Assembly (NCBI GenBank): GCA_976551045.1
Contig: CDPCPM010000022.1
Coordinates: 4,464,001-4,528,000 of the forward strand
Source of the DNA: Glaucostegus cemiculus
Taxonomy: Eukaryota
Length of the DNA stretch: 64,000 bases
Direction of reading: 5' to 3'
Below are positions 13,871 through 26,399 of this stretch, one piece after another. The position numbers and the translations under genes are program-made. Every line of letters begins with the position of its first letter. The first letter of the stretch is position 1. The notes beneath the pieces are model-generated. The model was not told the origin of the DNA, did not search any database, and was given only the letters and a program-made list of their open reading frames with translations.

Positions 13871-14753
13871 ACCACACTGTAAATAAACTTAAAAAATAAA
13901 TTGCTAATGGGGCAGTTACCCACATTGAATCTGTGGATGGCATTGGCGGGCAATTTTCCACAACAAGATGCATTAACCTGTTTTTGAGCTAATAATTTGG
14001 AGTCTTTGCTGCAGAGTTTTGATTGCAGGTACCGTCCTGACAATATATTACTTGGCAATACTCAAATTCACATGGTTAAGCTCTCTCTGGTCTATTTAGA
14101 GTCTAATTTATCTTTCTGCATCAAACCTACATTTCTGCACTAAAACAAGGTGAAAATATTTTTACACTGAAAAAACTGATCACAAATGAGCTTAATATAA
14201 ATACATCATGATGTTAATGTTAAATAAAACATTCCATTAACTTTTCATTGAAGTCAAAGGAGGTAATGAGTCATAGTAACTAATAACCGAGTCATTAACC
14301 TTTCAGCCAGTTCAGAAATATTTTATGCCAAGGTTTTATAGTGTACGCTTCTGTCTGAAAAATGCATGTTTTATAGGAAGGAAACACAGAAATAATCTGG
14401 TAATAGCAACAAAACCTAATTAATAAATAGAATTTCATAGATTTTCTTTCTCCTCTGTTTTCTGATGGTGCTATATGGAGAAGATAAAGGCTAAGTTTCA
14501 TAAACCAATGTATAAAGCTCCAAAACTGATTTTTAATTGGAAGTGATACTCGTCGAACTATGACCTATAATTACCCAAAGAGAAACTTTTTCAAGTGTGG
14601 TATTAACAAATGGAATTTAGTAATCAATTTTAGTGGCTGATAAAACAAAAATAGCCTTCTATGCATGTTACTGCATTTAAGGCAAACAGTATCAGGGTTA
14701 TCTTGTAAACTGTGAGTTGACAGGTTAAATGAAAACAAAAGGGATTTACACAC

Positions 14754-14807
14754 CTAACAACAGAAGTGGATGAGAGACTCCTTTGACTTCATTATACAAA
14801 CTTTCAC
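14754..14807 (-). CDS. OPA1: OPA1 alternative exon 4b
   Basis: 54 nt, phase 1/1, AG/GT, (G)ESLYNEVKGVSHPLLLL; same length and LLLL end as mammalian exon 4b. Confidence 0.88.
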   Translation of the reverse strand: MKVCIMKSKESLIHFCC

Positions 14808-16419
14808 CTGTAAAAAGTCAGCAAAATGTAAACACAAACATAAAACCACATTTTTAACTTGTTTGCCCCAATGCACACCTTGATTGAAGACACACTTAAA
14901 AGTAGTACTCCTGGATTTTATAATAATACAATTTAATCATCAAAACCTTAACTGCTACATTTTAGAGGCTACTTTTTAGTCACTTTATGCCACTGGTGTG
15001 CAACAAAATTTTCCAGTCATTTTTAAAAATTATTCTCTCAATTCTATTTTTCTCCATGTGGTAATATTGACATCTTTATAATATCTGCATTGTTTTTAAC
15101 AGCAGCCTTCAAAACACATCCTAGACAATGATGTATAGTCTAAGGTGAAGATACAGACAGTGACTTAGGGGTACTCAAAAACAGGTGCATCCACATTCAT
15201 GCAGGTTTAAGGAAAAGCTTAAGGTCAGTGCCAAGTTCTGTCAGAGGAGTGCTCAAGAATTAAAAGGTACTTGTACAACAAGTGTTTCTGTTACCTAACT
15301 TGGCAGATCCACGCTACAAATGGGAGGATGTTTTAGTGATGTCTTATGTAGAAACAGATTCACCAGACGGTTTCATAATGTTACAATAACTAATCACAAT
15401 TGTTATTGCAAACTGTATCATAAGATCCAGCCTGTTGTGCAAGGACTAGGTAAAAGTCCTGAAGATTCCATTAAAATGTACTTCACAAAGAACAGAAACC
15501 AGAATCATTTGACAAACACTCAGGAAAAGAGAGACCTGAAGTGGGACGAAGTGACTCAGTCCAGAAGGTGAGAACAGGAGTCATACCTTTTTCTTTATTT
15601 GTAGAAAATAAGGAAAAAGGTTAGAGGCTTCTGAACTAATTTCTTAATGAAAACTAATTGTTATGACCATCAAATTATTAACCAATTGGAAGTTTGGTCA
15701 TGTAGACTTTAAGACTGAAGAACAACTAACAGGGCATAAAAGTGCAATGGAAACACACTGCTGGGACATGCAGTCAGAACTGGTAAAGCCCAGAGCATGG
15801 AGAGCAATTTAAGTTGTGAGAAAACCCAATTACAGAACATTGCTCACTAAAGAGCTACCATTCAAGATCATACTATGTAATCTTGGATACTTTTGAAAAG
15901 ATAGTTGATAATAGCATACCCATCTCCAGTGATGATATGAGAAACTACAGCATGCACACATTGAGGTTGAAAGTGAAGAAGATGCAGAGACAGCATTGAG
16001 ACAATGACTTAGTATTATGGTTGCTGCCTTTAGTAGCAAAAAGAATTCAGTTAGGGTAGATGAGAAACCATGAAATATAGACAGATAGTGTCAGTCATCT
16101 GTGCCTTCTCGTGTTTAGGTTGACACCTTTAAAAGAACTAAGGGAATTGCATCTGAGGAAAATATAAAATCAGTTCAAGAAGCAAAGAAAGATATTGAAC
16201 CTCTAGCAAGTGAAAATACAGAATTAGAAGAATGCCTGTTAATGATGGAGGAACCAGTCAGCAGTTTCAACCTGGAGATTTGCATCAGATCTCTGCACAA
16301 GTGGGTTCAAGGGCAAAATATTACAGTAATATGCAAAAATAGACTATACATCACAATATTGAAATATTTTCAATACTTCTACATGTAGCTCCCATTTCAC
16401 AACTGGTATATATACAAAC

Positions 16420-16524
16420 CTGGTGTAAGGAGACTTTTGAGATGATCCAGACTTTCTCCAACTTTATCAAAATCCGGTAACAGCTTGGCAAGTTCTACAT
16501 CATCAAAGATTTTCCTAATCTTTT
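16420..16524 (-). CDS. OPA1: OPA1 exon 4
   Basis: 105 nt, phase 1/1, (E)KIRKIFDDVELAKLLPDFDKVGESLDHLKSLLTP. Confidence 0.92.
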
Positions 16525-16634
16525 CTAAAAAAAAAGTTCAAAATACATTGATGTCAATATTTTAAATTTATATTAATTTTTCCATGAGTACATTTATCAA
16601 TTAAGAAAATCAGAGGAACAGACTATACATCCCC

Positions 16635-16945
16635 TAAAGCCTTGGCTGGGAAGTCTAGAACCAGGGATCTCAGTTTCAGGATACATGGTAAAGCATTGAA
16701 GAACAAGATCAAGAGAAATTTCTTTGCTCAGAAATAGTGAACCTGAGGAATTCTCTACTAGAAACTGTGGAGACCAAGTAAGTGAATATATTTAAGAAAG
16801 AGATAGATAGTTTTCTGGACACAAGAGGCATAAGGAGTTATGGTGAGAGAGGAGAAATATGGTATTGAGATAGAGGATGTGTCATGATTATTCTAAACAG
16901 TGGAGCAGACTCAAAGGGCCAAATGCTACTGTTTTTCTTTGCTTC
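16635..16945 (+). mobile_element. CR1 3' fragment
   Basis: tctagaaccaggg...aaatttctt...tggagcagactcaaagggcc, typical CR1 3' region. Confidence 0.75.
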
Positions 16946-17559
16946 TACATCCGTGAATAAATTGCTCATTTCAATCTAAATGACCAACCCTTTATCCCAA
17001 GGTTGTGATCCCCAATTCTTCTCTTTCCAATTATGGAAAGCAGCCATTTAGTGACACTCTAAAACCACATTGAATGTACGTAATTTTCGCTGAAGACTTT
17101 GGTTATTACATAACCCACCTGAAAATAAAATGTTTGCTTTTTAAATTCTAACACATGTTAACTGAATTGATTTAGTTTGTATAGCCTGTCAAAGGCCTCA
17201 ATACTGAATAAAATACTCTATGCTTTCAGTATATGAAACTTGGATCTTTTGATTTTCTCACGAGCAAAACCCACAAAATATTAATGTGGCAAAGTAATTG
17301 CATTGACCATGAGAAATAACACTGAAAAGTCCAAAGCTATTGTCAGCCTTCTGCTTAATAAGGAATATTTAGGTAATGTGCTGCTGTTACTGTCAAGTTA
17401 TGTAGTTTTATCCACAAAGGGTAAAGAAGAAAAATGGTGATATTAATAATTATGATACGATGATTGGAATTACTATACCATTGTATTAATAATATTTTGA
17501 ATAGTAACATCATGGTTCTGGTACTTCTGAATTCAAAATTGCAACCAAAAACAGCTCAC

Positions 17560-17656
17560 CAAGATCAATATTTTCATCAAGTTTCCAGATAAAGTCTGGA
17601 ATTATCCACTTGTACTCTGTTAGATCTGGCATCATTTCCTTCCATTGATCATATGT
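17560..17656 (-). CDS. OPA1: OPA1 exon 3
   Basis: 97 nt, AG/GT, TYDQWKEMMPDLTEYKWIIPDFIWKLDENIDL. Confidence 0.95.
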
Positions 17657-18121
17657 CTAAGAAAAACAAACACATTTATAGTATTTGGTATGGATTTTAA
17701 GAACTTATGTCCAACAAGCCAGTTATATTATTTCATGCTTCAAAATTCTTGAGAGCTCTGTAATTGGTGTTTTCAGCCTTGATTATCAAATTACAATGCT
17801 CAAAATAACTTGCAGAATGCAACTTTTACAAAAGTTAGAATTACTGAAGTAAACCTGATCTAAGACCAAAACGTTAACATCTTTAAAAACAGTCTTCATA
17901 GCAATAATGATTCAAAGAACTTACATGTCCTCATGCAAACAGCTGGAGGAAATTTTACTTTAATTTTGATGTTCTGTCATTTCTTCAGAACTCTTGATAC
18001 CCACCAGTCTCAAAATCTCCTCCTGATTACTGAATTAAAAAATCAACCTTCCCACTAGTCCATTTCGATTTTAACTGAATATACTATGCAAAAAGCAAAA
18101 ATTAAAGTGCTTCAGACACAC

Positions 18122-18439
18122 CTTCTTTGCTGTGTAACCACCTCCGACTGCTGATCCCAACACAAGGTAGCGAATTTTTAGTAGTCGTGTTGCTAGTCTG
18201 GCTAGAATGAAATTTCGATAGGGATAGTATCCAATTTTCAAAGGAAATGGCTTTGATCCCTTTAGGGAAAGTCTGTTGAAAGTGGAATATGACTGAACTT
18301 TAGAGTTCCAGTGCAGCCTACGCAAATGAACTTGAGGTGTATTCAAGTGGCGAACAGCTCTGGACAGTAAGCACAGTTTCCGGACAGGAAACTTCATTTT
18401 AAAACCAATATTGCTTCAGTGCGTGCCAGCAAGCTAAGC
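18122..18439 (-). CDS. OPA1: OPA1 exon 2 (targeting sequence, MPP site, TM anchor); main frame open only from ATG 18397
   Basis: Acceptor ttccag at 18440-41, donor AAG|gtgtgt; MKFPVRKL...YRNFILARLATRLLKIRYLVLGSAVGGGYTAKK; in-frame TAG/TGA upstream of 18397. Confidence 0.93.
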
Positions 18440-19980
18440 CTGGAAGAGAAAAAAATAAGTACTAGTATCATGTAAAATTGTTCAGTTCTACGTTGAGTTT
18501 ATCACATGAAAAAATTAAGGACTTCACCAGATTAACTGGATATTGGCAAGAGAGGGTGAATGAAAAAGATGTTCCAGAAAAAAAAAACCTCAAACTGAAG
18601 CACTTGAGGAGAATCTCAAGCTCAGGTTATGACAAGAACCCACAATGATTCATTCTGCAACTCAGTGGGATTTAAATATTCATTGCAGTAATGCTTATCA
18701 TTGCAAATTCATTTTATTTTTGAGCGAAAATCAAAGAAAGAAAGAATACAATAATTAGCCTAGCTCGATCTTAAAAGAAGAATTTGAATTGAGAGAGAAA
18801 TTTTAAAATCTTTTGTTGTTAGAAAATAATAGAGAAGAAAAAACAATCGACTGTAGAAAGAAAGGACCTCAGGGATGACTTTACCTTAAAATAATACCCT
18901 GGATTTCACTAGGAACAATAAACAAAACACTATTTTGATTTCTGCAACATCCCTTTTATATAGAAAGGACTTTTTAAATAGATGTCGATAATCAGTTGGT
19001 TGGAGTAATGGAATGTAATTTAAAGTTGCATAGAGACTAAAATTTAACACCTGTATACACGACAGAAATGGCTGTCAAAATAATGGGAAATAATAGTGCC
19101 TGCTACAAATTCAACAGTGTTTTCAAACTTAGTTAAATGTGAATAGCTCATAGTTGCTATCTGATCTGACTAATTTTAAAAAAAGCCTCTAGTTAACTAT
19201 TACAGAATTCAAAGCCATGACTAGGAAACAAATTTCGCACAACATGTAAACACCCTTTTGAAGATAATTATTACTGCCAATTGAAAGTCGACAACTACAT
19301 ATGTGTAAGATACCATTACTTCAATTATTAAGCACTGGAAATTGCCTAGAATGTTAATTTAAATTTGTTTTAACTTTTCCTGTCTTTTTCCCCTCTCATC
19401 AATCCAATGATTTTATTTCTGTTTCCCTTTCTATAACTTATATGATAGTAAATTTATCCACCCTAAATCAAACTTCCTATTCCGCTCCAGCATTTTACTT
19501 TTCAATTTTTCAGTCCAGTTGTTAAAGGGAGATGTGCAAGTATATTCAATTGCCCAGTTTACCGTGCCACAACTTTAACAGTACAACTCCAGCAAAGCCA
19601 GATGTTGTAACATCCCTAAAATCAGCAACTGGGAGCAAAATAAATGAAGGCAGTCATCTTACTTCCCAGTAATAGTTCTTTTGAAGTCTACAATTTAGAA
19701 ATCAGTCACCAATTTGTACATGTTATCTGAATGAATATTAAAGTAACATGGTGATTTTGAACAGTTTGCTCCAAACTACATGACCTGTAATTTACTGAAA
19801 TATTGCATTTTTATGTAATTGATCTGCTATTCCCAGATATCAACTCTCACCAGGACACTGACGATTCCCATATGTTAAAATGAATGCGAAAGCAAGAAAA
19901 AGTGGTTGCCCTTTTACAGTCATCATTTCTTCAAAAGGTGCAATAATAAACTAGAACAACATCCTCTTTTTCATTAATTT

Positions 19981-20190
19981 AGAACATAGAACATAGATAC
20001 CTACAGCACAATTCAGGCCCTTCGGCCCACAAAGCTGTGCCAAACATGTCCCCACACTATTAGGCTTCCCCATAACCTTCTATCTTATTTACCTCCATGC
20101 ACCTATCCAACAGTCTCTTGAAAGACCCTAACGTATCTGCCTCCACCACCATCTCCGGCAGCCCATTCCACGCACTCACCACTCTCTGAC
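19981..20190 (-). mobile_element. CR1 3' end
   Basis: agaacatagaacataga tail; ccattccacgcactcaccactctctg is the reverse complement of the 3' ORF2 seen at ~4280-4310. Confidence 0.85.
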
Positions 20191-21254
20191 ACTCTCTGAA
20201 TTTAAGACAGGCAAATTCACACACTCTAATGACAAAAATACATAAACCCTTCCATCAGCCAAAATGCAGTAATGATTAAGAGAGTCACACTTAAGCCACT
20301 GTTAAACACTCACCTTCCCTTAACTAGAGCAGTAATGGTGGATTTTACCAGATCTAGGGCACAAGACAGCATTTTCAATTTTACTTGAAAGTGCAGCCTA
20401 AGTGCAAATTGTGCTCTTGTAGCATTTTAAACAGTTATAGTTCCTATAAGGAACAGTGCATTTATATTCAAAGATATTAAAGTCTGGTTGCCCAAATTAA
20501 TACAGCCATCTTGATGATTTAGAGGTCGCACTTTGTGATGCAAGTCTTCAAAGTACAGAATTCTATTACATCATAAAGTACAATATCAATGCTGCACAGA
20601 TGTGGTCTCTAGTAAATTAACATGATTGAATAACCGATAATTTACAAAATGAGTACAGCTTTAGATTTAAAAATTTGAACCCAAGTACAGAACGAACCAT
20701 TAACAAGGAATGTCAATGAGGGTAGAGCAATATCGAATGCACGGAGTTTAGCAATGCCGCTGACAAAATTCCACATGGCTGTTTGATTAAGAAAGTAAAA
20801 CCTCTTGGATTCACGGGAAAGTAGCAACATGGTTTATAAACTTATTCAGCAACAGAAAGCCAAGATTAAAAGTAATTGTGAGTGAAATGCTCTCTCCTTT
20901 GGGCTCTGCAGAGTACTAAGGCCTCTTGACGTCCCTGCATTGGGACAAAAGCACTAAACCGCAATTCAGAACTTAATGATGATACCAAATTTGGCAGCGT
21001 ACTTGATGGTGCAGAATGAATTTCTAAGCCATATGAAGGTGTCAATGGACAGGATGAGTGGGCAGAGAAGTAGAACACGGAACTCTAAATCACCAGTGGT
21101 TGTGTGTCCCCAGCTGTGGCCCTGACACCCAAACCACGGCGCACAACACATCAAAACAGTGTGTGGCTAAAACCTATTAACCCCTAACGGTCATTCCAAG
21201 CCGACCCCAGATGCTTCGTGTCCTACTGGAGGGGGTCAAAGGCAGGAGGTTGGA

Positions 21255-21740
21255 AGGACGGTCAGCCGGCCGGGCCCTGCCGGCCTACCAGTGACAGCCC
21301 GGGCGAGGGCAGGGCAGGGCCGGTGCCGACACCCCCGGCGCGGCACAAGGAGGCACGAATGGCGGGGGTGGGGGAGAGAAGCCGATGCCGGTGACACTTC
21401 CACGGATGGGTCACATTGGCCGGGGGAAGGAGGCAGACGGCGGCACCGATCCTACTGAGGCCCAGGCCGGTCCGGTCCTCCGGCGGCCGGTCCGGCCTCT
21501 CCATTTGATGGTTCAGCATGAAGCACCGTCCCTTGGTGTTGGGGGGTGGGGTGTGGACGGGGTAGGATCGGGATTCAGCCCCTGCCACTCCCTCACCCGC
21601 CGCTTCTTACCCGCTCGGCCACCGAGCCGCTGACAATCCACCCGGAGCTTCATTCACAAGGACCAAGAGGGCGCTTCCGCAACGGTGCAAACTCCGGCTG
21701 GCAAACCTCGACCCGAGCAGCTGGTTCCGCCTGAAACACA
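21255..21740. promoter_or_regulatory. CpG island / OPA1 promoter and first exon
   Basis: Only strongly GC/CpG-rich non-TE segment of the window; ETS/GABP-type CGGAAG at 21674-21679 (minus); G-run cluster at 21541-21572. Confidence 0.85.
21611..21653 (-). CDS. OPA1: Putative OPA1 exon 1 coding part (or uORF start), MKLRVDCQRLGGRA
   Basis: ATG in CpG island followed 43 nt later by a strong donor GG|gtaaga; phase 1 joins exon 2 in the LACWHAL frame. Confidence 0.65.
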
Positions 21741-21940
21741 CCCTCTAGCTGCAGAGAGCAACCTCCAGCTGAGAGGGTCCTGTTCCTTGATCAAAACAGG
21801 AAGATCTCTGTGCCACTTTCAGTCATGCCACAAAAAGCTGAAGAATTATTTCTAAATGATGGTGTGAGGGTGTAAGTAGCGTAATGCAAGCGAGAGAGAT
21901 GTTTAGAAATGCAATTATTAACAGCTCTCAAAGTTGATAG

Positions 21941-23040
21941 TTGGTGAAAACACCTCAAGCACCATCACACTGAGCACTGGCTCCCCTCAGGGTTGTGTGC
22001 TCAGTCCGCTCCTGTTCACCTTGTTGACCCACGACTGTGAGGCCAGATTCAGCTCCAACCGCATTGTTAAATTTGCCGATGACACGACAGTGGTGGGTCT
22101 TGTTACGAATGACGATGAGTCGGACTATAGAGAGGAGGTGAACCAACTAGCCGTGTGGTACCATGACAACAACCTCTCCTTGAATGTGGATAAAACCAAG
22201 GAGATGATAGTGGATTTTAGGAGGGGTCATCGTGTGCACGCTCCGCTGACCATCAACGGGTCTGCTGTGGAACAAGTACGCAGCACCAAGTTCCTGGGGG
22301 TGCACATCACCGACGACCTGACCTGGTCCACTAACATTACGGCCCTCACGAAGAAGGCTCAGAAACGCCTCTACTTCCTGCGGAGACTGAGGAAAGCGTA
22401 CCCACACCCCTCAGTCATGAAATCCTTCTACAGGGGGACCATTGAGAGCATCCTAACTCAATGTATCTCTGTTTGGTTTGGAAGCTGCTCAGCTGCTGGG
22501 CGGAAGTCCCTCCAGAAGATAGTTAAGGCTGCGGAGTGGATCATAGGTGTCTCGCTTCCATCCCTCGCAGACATATACAAAGACCGTTGTGTGAGGAAGA
22601 CCAAAAGCATAATGGCCGACCCCTCTCACCCCTCCCACCACCTCTTCACAATTTTGCCATCAGGGAGGAGGCTTAAATGTATCAGGGCAAGAATGTCCAG
22701 GCTGAACAATAGCTTCTTTCCGCAAGCCGTAAGAACTGCAAACTCTCTCATCCCTCCATCTTCCTTTGTTAACACTAGGAGATGCTAGGTGCACAGAAAT
22801 GCACCAGCACTTTAAATGCCCGTCACCAGCCCGTTCACTTTAAGATCTATTTATGTAAGAACTAATGGGTAATGTTTTGTACTGTGTATTCTGCCAAGTG
22901 TGTATGTGTCTCTCTGTTGGTTGTTATGTTATTCTTTTTTATGAGACGTGTTCCTGTGGAGGACGGTATCTCGCTCCTATGCGTACCATGTATGTATATG
23001 GTTGTGACAATAAAACTGATTCTGATTCTGATTCTGATAG
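21941..23040 (+). mobile_element. Young 5'-truncated Rex1/Babar-type LINE with uninterrupted RT C-terminal ORF
   Basis: ~280 open codons: GSPQGCVLSPLLF, KFADDT, KFLGVHI, LPSGRR, SFFPQAVR; aataaa plus (ATTCTG)n tail; candidate TSD tgatag. Confidence 0.92.
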
Positions 23041-23999
23041 CTGTTAGTATAAGTAATTGCATTTCGCCCAGAAAATTCAGTAAAATAAACATTTTTATGA
23101 CTTCAGTTTCCCTCCTGTTCCCACCACTAGTTCTGTGCCTTAATTTATTGATTTTAGTGAAATTCAACAGAATTTTCAAAAACAATACCTTCTCCCTGGG
23201 CCCTCTCCAGTCTTCTCTTTAAGACACTGACTAATGATTTTGAACAGAAGCTTGATTTCATTTACAGCTGCGTGCAGTTGTTTGTGAGGCAGAGGGAAGC
23301 TTATGTTGAAGTGGAGCATAAACACCAACATGGCCTGGTTCTTTGCTGCCTCCTATACATACCCCGATGGAACTAGATATCATTTATCTTCAGCCTTTGC
23401 CAAAATGTTGGAATTAATTGTAAAGGATGAATCTTTAGCACACGTGCTGCTAGCTGTGGTCATATCAAGTATAACTTACTCGATATGGTATGGCTTTATC
23501 GTACATGTGGAACACTGTATTTTTAAAAATCTTGTCCCATTTCTCTAAGGTAAGACCATTCATCCATACTCACAGTTACAATATGTGATGGAAGATGCTC
23601 GTTTTATTTGTTTTTGTAATCTTGGCAGCAAAAATACACAACTGCTGTAAGACCATCCTGAATAGAGTCCGGGCAATGTGATCAGAATCCAAAGCAGCAC
23701 AAATGAGGTTCATGTGAGGTGTTAGAAAACTATTAGTCCTTTAGTTCAGGTCAGCTTTTAATTTTATACCTGAGCTGACTACTTAGCATTCCGTCTGCGA
23801 CAGCAGTTTACCTGCCATGAAGCTCATTGCTGTGGAGCAAGGTGCCAGTAGCTATGCTGAATTGTGTACAGTTCCATTGGGAACTGCATAGGTCCTATTT
23901 GCTGTTTTAAACTTGTATTTGGTAACCATAACATTTTTTTGCGAGGAACCAAATTTAGCATACCAAGAAAAGGGTGAAATCCATTTTGGAGGATAAGCT

Positions 24000-25090
24000 G
24001 CTTAGAAAATAATAACATGATTAGGCAAAATCAAACATGGCTTCATTAAAGGGACATTGTTTGATGAATCTGATGTGAGTCTTTTGAGGATAAAACTAGC
24101 TGGGGATTTGGTGGATGCATGGACTTTCAAAAGGCATTTATCAGGGTGCCTCACAAAAAGTTGTCACAAATAATCAGAGCTCATGGGGAAGGGGATAACA
24201 TATGGAAAGAGGATTCATTAAAGGGCAGAAGACAGTATAGTATATGGCTTTCAGGCTGGCAGACTGTTGCAATGGAAACTCAACTATTCACAGTTTCTAT
24301 TAATGATGAAAAGATCAAGGGTTATGGATCACAGTTTGCTGATGGTTCAAAGACAAATGGGAGAATCAACTCTGAGGACAAAAAAGGATTCTTCAATGGA
24401 ATACTGATAGACTAAATGAATGGGCGGTTGGATAGTGGATGGAGGAGAATGTGGGAAATATGGGGTTATTCACTTTGGTGGGAAGAATTGAGGAGCTGTT
24501 GTTTTAAATAATGAGAAATCAGTAAATATTAGTCTAAAGAGGGATCTTGGTGTGCTGGTTCATGAAATGCAATAAGTAACCATGCAGGTACAACAAACAA
24601 TTAGGAAGGCAAATAATAGGCTTTGGCGCAAGTGTTGGAATTTGGAAGTAAGGAAGTCTTGCAGAAATTGTACAAGGCTTTTGGTGGAATGAATCTTGTT
24701 ACTGTGCAGTTTTCCTCTCTGTGCTTGGAACAGGAATTTCTTGCCTTGTGGCAACATAAATTCATCTGACTAATTTCTGTAAAGAAGGACTTGTACCATG
24801 AAGAGAAATTGAGAAAAATTTGCCTTTACTTACTAGAGTTTAGAAGCATAATGGAGATCTCATTAAGGTGTGAAGGCTTTTAGCAGAAATTGACAGTGTA
24901 GGTACTGAGAGGTTTTCCTCAGGCTGGAGAATCTGGAACAAGATGTCAAGTCTCAAGATAAGAGATGGATTATTTAGGACTGAGCTGAAGAGCTCAGAGG
25001 GAATCCTCTATGTGGAATTCTCTAGGTCAGAGGGCTGTGAAAGCTCAAGTTACGATCGATAGATGTTTGGGCACCAGGGGAATTGGATAT
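24000..25090 (+). mobile_element. Degraded CR1 LINE
   Basis: MDFQKAFIRVPHKKL, SQFADG RT remnants; many stops. Confidence 0.85.
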
Positions 25091-25314
25091 TAGGTAGCTC
25101 CTCCAGTAGATTATTTGTTGCTCCAAATTCCAGCATAAGCAGTCTCTTGTGTCTCAGGTAGCTCACTTTCTGTTTGTATCAAAATTGATCAGTTCTGCCA
25201 TTGGTCATCCATCTGTAACATTGGCTCAGTTTTCTCTATCTCTCCCTCTCTACTAGCGTACTTTTACATTCCCTTGTTCACGTTATCTCTCTCTAACTGT
25301 CCCCATTTCTCAAT

Positions 25315-25602
25315 AAGATGAGATGAGAGATCTTTATTAGTCACATGTACATCGAAGCACACAATGAAATGCAACTTTTTGTAGAGTGTTCTTGGGGCAG
25401 CGGCAAGTGTCGCCATGTTTCCAGTACCAACATAGCATGCCCACGACGTCCTAAGCCATACATCTTTGGAATGTGGGAGGAAACCGAAGCACCCAGAGGA
25501 AACCCATGCAGACACGGGGAGAACGTACAAACTCCTTACGGACAGCAGCCAGAATTGAACCTGGGTCTCTGGTGCTGTAATAGCGTTACGCTAACAGCTA
25601 CA
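25315..25602 (-). mobile_element. V-core SINE with Rex1-like tail
   Basis: Reverse complement of V-core (tgtgggaggaaaccg...aacccatgcagacacgggg); tail ends gtacatgtgactaataaa plus (tctca)n. Confidence 0.85.
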
Positions 25603-25739
25603 CATCCCAGTTTATCCCCATAGCAGCCGTCACCTCACCCTATCGGAAATATTCCCTTTGTCCAATCCATTTCTCCCCCACCCTCACTGTAACTTTAAAC
25701 TAATTTGTTTCTCCTCTATTTTTGTAACTTATAGAAGTA

Positions 25740-25820
25740 ATTTTTACATCTTACACTGAACTGCTGCTGCAAAACAATACATTTCACGACATATGTCAGT
25801 GATAATAATTCTGATTCTGA
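25740..25820 (+). mobile_element. Rex1-type 3' terminal fragment
   Basis: ctgctgcaaaacaa..tttcacgacatatgtcagtgataataa..attctgattctg; same end as 46340-46422. Confidence 0.7.
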
Positions 25821-26399
25821 CAAGCAGAACGTCTCTGGCATTTTCTGTTTTTATTTCAGATTCTGGAAGTATTGCCATAAATGGTGCTCTTGAAGTGTAG
25901 GGTTGGGCAGAACAAAAACCATTCAAGTAAATTGAACAAGGCATGGAAGATTCTGATATACCAGATGTTTTACTTTTTTCCAGAGATGGTCAGCAGGATT
26001 TCATTCGAGTCAATGCTGAGTTGATCTTTACAGTCCTTCAGGAATGCATTCACAGATTTATGAATTTATGGAAAGTGAAGCTCATAAACTATAAAATTAG
26101 ATTTTTCAAGAAAAAATGTTGCCTGGGTCTGGGACCTTCATGGGATTGTGGATCATTAAACTCCTGAACCACCTTCTGGTTTGACATTTCAGCTTCTGCC
26201 ATGAACCAATGGAAGTTTGCTGAACTGAGATAAGATCAACTTAAAGGTGAGCCATGTTCAAGTGGGTATTTCAAATAATTAAATTCCTTTCTTTTTCCTG
26301 CTTTTCCCCCCTAGGTGCTGACTGACCAACTGCATATTTCTAGCATTTACTGTTTTTATTTTGAAATTGTTTGACTTTCATGTAGTGATTTTGGTGATG

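Noticed and set aside
21262-21734. Three overlapping ORFs (108, 82 and 62 aa) in the GC-rich island
   Set aside because: Stop-codon scarcity in a CpG island explains them; no recognisable product.
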